Shown here piece by piece: positions 57,856-64,000 of a stretch of 64,000 bases of DNA. Positions within the stretch are counted from its first letter, which is position 1, and each line of letters opens with the position of its first letter. Made by a program: the position numbers and the translations under genes. Under the pieces are notes generated by a model. That model did not search any database. It was not told the DNA's origin and worked only from the letters and a program-made list of their open reading frames with translations. Source of the stretch: Spirochaetota bacterium (lineage in GTDB: Bacteria > Spirochaetota > UBA4802 > UBA5550); the NCBI GenBank assembly GCA_963664815.2, contig CAXXHB010000003.1, positions 192,001-256,000 of the forward strand, given 5' to 3'.

Positions 57856-59265
57856 ATGACAATTCTTATTGTTGAAGATGACAGGGATCTTGCTGAATTA
57901 ATTAAAGAAAAAATAGAAGAGTGCGGTTATGAATCTTTTTGCGCTGACTCTTCAGAGGCTGCTCTTGAATGGTTTTCAGGTAATACTCCTGAGATTATGC
58001 TGCTTGATTACACTCTATCAGATATCAACGCAAAAGAATTTATTATCGAGCTGCAGAGAAGGGGGTATCTGCTGCCGCCGTTTATTATCTCCACAGGTCA
58101 GGGGGATGAACGGATCGCAGTTGATATGATGAAACTCGGAGCCAGAGATTATATAATTAAAGATGGTAATTTTCTGGATTTGCTTCCGGGAATTTTGAGA
58201 AGGGTGGACAGGGAGATTGAAAATGAGACCAGGCGCAGACTGGCCGAAGAAGCTCTGCGCAAGAACGAGGAAAAGATCCATCTTATACTGAACTCCACGG
58301 CTGAAGCGATATATGGGATTGATTTGAACGGCAACTGCACATTCTGCAACAATTCCTGCCTTAATATGCTGGGGTATAGACATCCCGACGATCTGCTGGG
58401 AAAGAACATGCACTGGCAGATACATTCAAAACATCCGGACGGCTCACATTTTCCCGTTGAAGAATGCCGTATCTTCCAGGCATTCAGACAGGGAGCTGGA
58501 ACACATGTGGATGATGAAGTGCTCTGGCGTTCTGATGGTACATCTTTCCCCGCCGAATACTGGTCGTTTCCCCAGATAGTTGACGGTTCTGTAACAGGAG
58601 CTGTTGTGACATTTCTCGATATCACCGAACGCAAACTTTCTGAAGAAAAAATAAGATATCTTCTCTCAGAAAAAGAACTGATCCTGAAGGAGGTTCATCA
58701 CAGGATTAAAAATAACATGAATACCATCAGAAATCTTCTTTTTCTCCAGGCGGATGAGCTTACAGATTCTTCCGCCGTGGCGGCACTTAAGGATGCTGAA
58801 AGCCGTGTGGAGAGTATGATGGTTCTGTATGACAGGCTTTACCGTTCTCCGGATTTTAAAGAGATGTCTATAAAAGAATATCTTACTGCGCTGGTGGATG
58901 AAATTATAGGAAATTTTCCGAATAACAGAATAGTAAAAGTAGAAAAGCGTATTGATGATTTTATACTTGATGCGGGAATTCTTTTTTCTCTCGGGATTCT
59001 TGTCAATGAACTGCTTACAAACATAATGAAGTATGCTTTTGACGGCAGGGGAAGAGGTATAATAACGGTATCCGCAGTTTTAAAGGATAAACATGCAGTG
59101 ATAATAATTCAGGACGACGGAAAAGGAATCCCTGAATCTGTAAATTTAAATAAATCAACCGGTTTCGGCCTTGACCTGGTAGTTATGCTGACAGAACAGA
59201 TCGGCGGGGATATAAGAATTGAAAGGGATAATGGTACAAAGTTTATTCTGGAATTTGATATATAG
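57856..59265 (+). CDS. REC-PAS-HisKA_2 kinase
   Basis: REC near-identical to that of 55079 (STGQGDERIAVDMMKLGARDY); EVHHRIKNNM. Confidence 0.92.
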   Translation: MTILIVEDDRDLAELIKEKIEECGYESFCADSSEAALEWFSGNTPEIMLLDYTLSDINAKEFIIELQRRGYLLPPFIISTGQGDERIAVDMMKLGARDYIIKDGNFLDLLPGILRRVDREIENETRRRLAEEALRKNEEKIHLILNSTAEAIYGIDLNGNCTFCNNSCLNMLGYRHPDDLLGKNMHWQIHSKHPDGSHFPVEECRIFQAFRQGAGTHVDDEVLWRSDGTSFPAEYWSFPQIVDGSVTGAVVTFLDITERKLSEEKIRYLLSEKELILKEVHHRIKNNMNTIRNLLFLQADELTDSSAVAALKDAESRVESMMVLYDRLYRSPDFKEMSIKEYLTALVDEIIGNFPNNRIVKVEKRIDDFILDAGILFSLGILVNELLTNIMKYAFDGRGRGIITVSAVLKDKHAVIIIQDDGKGIPESVNLNKSTGFGLDLVVMLTEQIGGDIRIERDNGTKFILEFDI

Positions 59266-59555
59266 CATTACATTTGTGGATTATTTTTTTAAATCATGTG
59301 GTTCCAATTATCGCTTATTACTTAAAATGTATGATTGTTGCATTTACGATTGAATAAAAGCATTTATCGGACTCAGTTAATTATTATAAATACAAATAAT
59401 TTTTATTGAAATTGAATTATAAAATCATTATAGTATTATTTGATAATGTAATATCCATATGATTTGAGTGAATATGCAGGGTTAATCCATAATAGAAATC
59501 CGGCAGAATGTATAAAATTCAGATTAGCAGGTATTCCGAGAATGGGGTAAAATGT

Positions 59556-61217
59556 ATGAGTGAAGAAATTAACAGAAAATATAATAAGCAGGATGAACAA
59601 TATTCGCATAACAAAGAAATTGAAAAATCTGAATTGTCGGAAAAAAAATATGAATCCCTCCCTGTTGAGGAATTATGCAGAATTATACATGAGCTTGAGA
59701 TGTCGCGGGACAGATACCTTGATTTTTATGACCTTGCACCTGTAGGATATATAACATTGAATATTGATGGGTTTATTGAGGAGGCTAATCCTGCGGCAGC
59801 AGCCATGCTGGGTGTCAGCCGGGATTTTATGTCTGGTAAGGCATTTGCCGGTTTTATTGAACCGGATGATCAGGAGATCTTTTCCCGGTACCAGAAAGAA
59901 CTTTTTGAAGTGAAAGATAACCAGTTATATTTCCTGCGTGTAAAGGGGAATGATGACTCCGAATCATGGATACAGGTAGAGTCAATTTACTTCCTTGATA
60001 ATGACCGGCCGGTGTGCCGTATTATAATAACGGATATTAATGAACGCCGAAGAATGGAGGGGGAGATAAGCCGGTATAAGGAGCAGGCTTTGCAGAATCA
60101 GAGACTGGAATCACTTGGAATACTTGCCGGGGGGATTGCACATAACTTCAATAATCTTCTGACCGGGATTTTCGGGTATATTGAACTTGCTGATAAAAAA
60201 GCGAATGATCCGGGCATATCCAGATATCTCTCGGAGGCTCTTAAAATGAGCGACAGGGCTAAGGGTTTGACCGGGCAGCTTCTTACATTCTCAAGGGGCG
60301 GGGATACGGTGAGGCAAAACGGCTATCTTTATCCTCTCATTAAGGATTCTGTGAAGTTTGCATTAAGCGGTTCGGATATTGCATCACGTTTTGATATTGA
60401 AGAAAACCTTTATCCGTGCAATTTTGATACAAATCAGATTAATCAGGTAATTGAAGACATTATCCTTAACGCCAGGCAGGCCATGCCGCACGGAGGAGCG
60501 GTCGATGTGGCGGCAGGTAACATTTATCTGAAAAAAAATGAGGTAAATTCTCTTCCAGAAGGGAAATATGTCAGAATTTCCATAAAGGATTATGGTTTTG
60601 GAATGTCTCCTGAAGTACTCTCCAGGATTTTTGATCCGTTTTTTACAACCAGAACATCATCGCACGGACTGGGCCTTTCAGCGAGTTATTCAATTATCAG
60701 CAGGCATGATGGTGCTATGACTGTTGAATCCGAGCCGGAGAAAGGGAGCACTGTAAACATTTATCTCCCCGCTGTAACGGAAAAGGTTTACCATAGAGAG
60801 AGTGAGGCTGATTCGGAACACAGCGGATATGGAACTATTATTCTTATGGATGACGAGGAGTGTATCAGGGATTCACTATCATCGATGCTGATGTCTATGG
60901 GTTATGATGTTCTTCATATGGAGCAGGGGGACGATGTTATCTCATTTTTCAGACATAGAAATGAAATTGAAAAAATTTCGGCAATTATTCTTGATCTTGT
61001 TATACCGGGGGGTATGGGGGGAAAATCGACCGTTACCGAGATTCGTAAAATAAATCCCGATATTCCGGTTTTTGCCATCAGCGGGAATACCGATGATCCT
61101 GTTATGGTAAAGCCGCAGAATTACGGTTTTACAGCGAGTATAAGCAAACCGTTTCTCATGAAAGAACTGGCAGAGATGCTAAATAGAAATATCAATATAA
61201 AGTTAAACAGCATGTAA
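59556..61217 (+). CDS. PAS-HisKA (NtrB/CckA class)-HATPase-REC hybrid kinase
   Basis: LGILAGGIAHNFNNLL, NARQAM, DPFFTT, GLGL, REC ILDLVIP. Confidence 0.9.
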   Translation: MSEEINRKYNKQDEQYSHNKEIEKSELSEKKYESLPVEELCRIIHELEMSRDRYLDFYDLAPVGYITLNIDGFIEEANPAAAAMLGVSRDFMSGKAFAGFIEPDDQEIFSRYQKELFEVKDNQLYFLRVKGNDDSESWIQVESIYFLDNDRPVCRIIITDINERRRMEGEISRYKEQALQNQRLESLGILAGGIAHNFNNLLTGIFGYIELADKKANDPGISRYLSEALKMSDRAKGLTGQLLTFSRGGDTVRQNGYLYPLIKDSVKFALSGSDIASRFDIEENLYPCNFDTNQINQVIEDIILNARQAMPHGGAVDVAAGNIYLKKNEVNSLPEGKYVRISIKDYGFGMSPEVLSRIFDPFFTTRTSSHGLGLSASYSIISRHDGAMTVESEPEKGSTVNIYLPAVTEKVYHRESEADSEHSGYGTIILMDDEECIRDSLSSMLMSMGYDVLHMEQGDDVISFFRHRNEIEKISAIILDLVIPGGMGGKSTVTEIRKINPDIPVFAISGNTDDPVMVKPQNYGFTASISKPFLMKELAEMLNRNINIKLNSM

Positions 61218-61348
61218 GTGTATCCAGCGCCCTGTTAGATACTTTTTATCCATTTACTGCTCATGCCTATATTCTTCTTGACATCTGTATAAATATGGTT
61301 AATGTAAGAGAGTTGCCGAAATCTTATAATATAAAAGAGAGATATAAG

Positions 61349-62155
61349 ATGCCTCTTAGCAGAGATGAAGTAAACGATCTTGTTAAAAAACTCCGTGAGA
61401 GATACAAAGAGTTCTCAGATAAGCACAACCCCAAATGGTTTGATCTTAATGCTTTCGACGAAAGGCTGTCAGTCGCTTTAAAACGTGGAATGAATATGGA
61501 AGGCTTCATTCTTGCGGAAATTTCAAATTTTGAAAAACTTAAAGAGCGTTACGAAGCCAGAAAGAAGCAGAAGGAGAATTCATTTTCAAATGAGGTTGAT
61601 AAAATCATTGAACAGAACCTGGCGAGAATAAAAAAATACCCGCAGATTTTATTTCATCCCAAATGCGGCCTGGAGATTTCATATCTGTATGGTGCTCTTA
61701 CCCTGTATTCAACTGAATACTATCCTATATTACGCGTTGTGATTTCCGACAGCAGACTTAAAAACAATGTCAATACGCTTGAAGACCGGCTTTTATATCT
61801 GGCAGAACCGAGAGGCAATATTCATCCTAAACGTATAGCTGATCATATTTTACTATTGAACAGAAATGGAGTAAGAGATATTGAAATTGAAAAGGATAAC
61901 AACGATTATCTGAAAGAGAGTGCTTTTCTGCTCCATGATATTATTGATTTTTGTGACATCATAGTTGATACAGGGAGAGATGAGTGGAACTACCCTGTTG
62001 TCTTCCAGAAACTTTTCATTGAAGAGGAAAAAAAGAAAAGAGTAATAGATATTTTTAAGGATCTTACCGGATATGGAGCGGTTTTTAAGGTTAAGGAATA
62101 TGCCTCAGGAATTATTGATGATTTCAGACTTGGAGCTTTTAAAAAGAATAATTAG
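61349..62155 (+). CDS. Hypothetical helical protein
   Basis: Long charged ORF; likely start MPLSRDE; no motif recognised. Confidence 0.7.
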   Translation: MPLSRDEVNDLVKKLRERYKEFSDKHNPKWFDLNAFDERLSVALKRGMNMEGFILAEISNFEKLKERYEARKKQKENSFSNEVDKIIEQNLARIKKYPQILFHPKCGLEISYLYGALTLYSTEYYPILRVVISDSRLKNNVNTLEDRLLYLAEPRGNIHPKRIADHILLLNRNGVRDIEIEKDNNDYLKESAFLLHDIIDFCDIIVDTGRDEWNYPVVFQKLFIEEEKKKRVIDIFKDLTGYGAVFKVKEYASGIIDDFRLGAFKKNN

Positions 62156-63780
62156 ATTTTTTTTATGCATATAAGCGTGATATCGTCATTTTGTGGCCGA
62201 TATCCATTGAATTCATAAAAGTCACCCAGACTGTGATGAACAATTTCAGTTGAAGTCATACCCCCTGTGTTTTTAAGGCTGTCTATAACCCTGTTTAAAC
62301 CGTACATATTCATGTAATCCTGCGATTGTTCTTCGATAAGTCCGTCTGTATAAAGAAAAAGCATGTCACCCTGGTCCATATTAATAATCTCATCTTTATA
62401 GACCTCATTTTCAAAAAGCCCTATTACCGGGTTCCTGCTTTTTGTTACCGATATCTCCGCACCGTTTTTTTTCCGCATTATAGCTTCGGGATGACCGGCA
62501 GAGAGGAATATGATAGTATTTGAATCGAAATATATCTGTACAATCTGGGCTGTACAGTAAAAACGTAGTTCTCTCAGATCAACAGCAAGCTGAGCATTTA
62601 TCTCTTTTACTATTTCTGAGGGCTTTTTACCCGGAGCTGATTTCTCTCTGAACATTGTGCGGATCTGGTTGCCAACATAGGAAGACGATATTCCGTGGCC
62701 TGAAACATCGCATAAAACAATCTGGTAGAGGTCATCATCCAGAAAAAAACCGTCAAAAAAATCACCAGAAAGCTCCTGGGCGGGCATAAAAGCAAATGCC
62801 GTGTCATATCCCTGTACAAGCTTGAAATCCGGGAGTTTGGATACCTCCAGTTTTCTTATTATATCTATCTCCTTTTTGTATTCATCATTTTTACGTGAGA
62901 GTTCACCCTGTGATGAAATCCTTTCATTGAGGAGATTTGTATAATCAAGATAAAGAGATATGATCTCCTTGTCATTCTGGGAATAGGGGTCCGAACGCTG
63001 AAGGAGAATATACCCGTAAATATCATTATTATATATTACTGAGAATAAAGCATTGTAAATATCATGGGCGCTTTTTTTAATTTTAAAGTATTTAATGTCA
63101 TTTTTTATATTATTAAAAACACTCGGTTCTTTTTCGATATCTTTAAAAACGATTATCGGTATATTTTTTGTAATTTTCTTCTGCATTATGCTGAGAGGAA
63201 TTCCGCTTTTAACCTTAACTATTTCAATATATGTCAGGTCTATCATTGACAGCAGTATATCCGCATTTCTCAGGGTCTCTTCTTTATCCCTGGCCATAAT
63301 TCCATTTTTAACGAAGTTACTCAGTTTATATAACTGAACATTGTGATCAAGCTGCGTCTGGTAGGCGTTGCGGAGATTATCCCTTACTTTGATTATATCC
63401 CCTATTATGTGAATTTTTGAGACGAGTTCATATTGAATGAATGGCTTACGTATATACTCATCAGCCCCCGATGAGTATGCTTTTTCTATTGTTTCCTTGT
63501 CTGTCCTTGATGTTAGTATTATAAAAAAAGAGTCTCTTAAGCTGGAGTTCTGTTTCAGCTCGCTGCACAGGTCTATCCCGTTGCCATCCGGAAGTGTTAC
63601 ATCAAGAAGAAAAATATCAGGAATGTTGTTGTTCAGAAGCTGGAAGAATTCCTGCTTATTTCCGGCAATAAACAACTCCCCGTGATCTTTAAGAGTTATC
63701 TTAATATATTCCCGGGATACAGGGTCATCATCAAGTGCAAGTATTTTCAGGTTTTTACTATAAATAGAATTCATTGGCAA
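62152..63780 (-). CDS. REC + SpoIIE/RsbU-type PP2C phosphatase
   Basis: REC LLDVTLP..RKP; ELSGDFFD, CDVSGHG, SAGH, YTDGLIE, DDIT. Confidence 0.92.
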   Translation of the reverse strand: MPMNSIYSKNLKILALDDDPVSREYIKITLKDHGELFIAGNKQEFFQLLNNNIPDIFLLDVTLPDGNGIDLCSELKQNSSLRDSFFIILTSRTDKETIEKAYSSGADEYIRKPFIQYELVSKIHIIGDIIKVRDNLRNAYQTQLDHNVQLYKLSNFVKNGIMARDKEETLRNADILLSMIDLTYIEIVKVKSGIPLSIMQKKITKNIPIIVFKDIEKEPSVFNNIKNDIKYFKIKKSAHDIYNALFSVIYNNDIYGYILLQRSDPYSQNDKEIISLYLDYTNLLNERISSQGELSRKNDEYKKEIDIIRKLEVSKLPDFKLVQGYDTAFAFMPAQELSGDFFDGFFLDDDLYQIVLCDVSGHGISSSYVGNQIRTMFREKSAPGKKPSEIVKEINAQLAVDLRELRFYCTAQIVQIYFDSNTIIFLSAGHPEAIMRKKNGAEISVTKSRNPVIGLFENEVYKDEIINMDQGDMLFLYTDGLIEEQSQDYMNMYGLNRVIDSLKNTGGMTSTEIVHHSLGDFYEFNGYRPQNDDITLICIKKI

Positions 63781-64000
63781 TATAGCTGCAATTATAATAT
63801 ATTAAAATTCAGGTAATAAAACTATAATAAATAAATATTGTTTTTACAAACTTTATTTCTGTCAGTTATAAAAATATAACAACATATACTAAATAGATCG
63901 GCTATAGGCCGGATAAAGAAGATTTAAAAAAAACAGATTATATTTGTTAAAAATTAAAAAAAATTTCCGGAAATAGTAAATTATTGACAGGGAAGAGATT

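Noticed and set aside
57644-57859. 71-aa ORF overlapping both neighbours by 4 bp
   Set aside because: No RBS or recognisable motif and absent from the duplicated module; not fully excluded
30888-59745. Many 60-211 aa antisense or alternate-frame ORFs inside kinase genes
   Set aside because: Shadow ORFs of long, motif-supported coding regions

Overview
AT-rich bacterial chromosomal window. The TRL-like and Lsa36-like surface proteins and Leptospira-style kinases suggest a free-living spirochete (inference). Bases 1-21 kb hold housekeeping genes: 3' end of groEL, a degenerate penicillin-acylase homolog, bactofilin-yaaR-holB-yaaT-metG-phosphoesterase, convergent parBA, ArsR/SmtB-czcD, trpS, rluD, a GAF/HD-GYP phosphodiesterase, and an AHAS-I-type ilvB with a complete Leu/Val/Ile leader-peptide attenuator. 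Bases 21-30.5 kb are accessory: a basic protein with permuted HMG-box-like motifs, a clostripain lipoprotein, a small GIY-YIG nuclease inside a nested REP-like hairpin array, lipoproteins, a B12 radical SAM enzyme and an outer-membrane protein. Bases 30.7-61.2 kb form a co-oriented island of 13 signalling genes with about 32 PAS domains (manual count), five HisKA_2 kinases, hybrid kinases, an Hpt, a GGDEF and atypical kinases/receivers, but no DNA-binding regulator. A REC-PP2C phosphatase follows. The best candidates for undescribed biology are (i) the GIY-YIG plus REP-like hairpin module, in which one loop motif is conserved within unrelated stems, and (ii) the modular PAS-kinase island with MCP-like methylation heptads and poly-G tracts. 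No rRNA, tRNA or CRISPR array was seen. All family calls come from manual motif recognition, not database searches.
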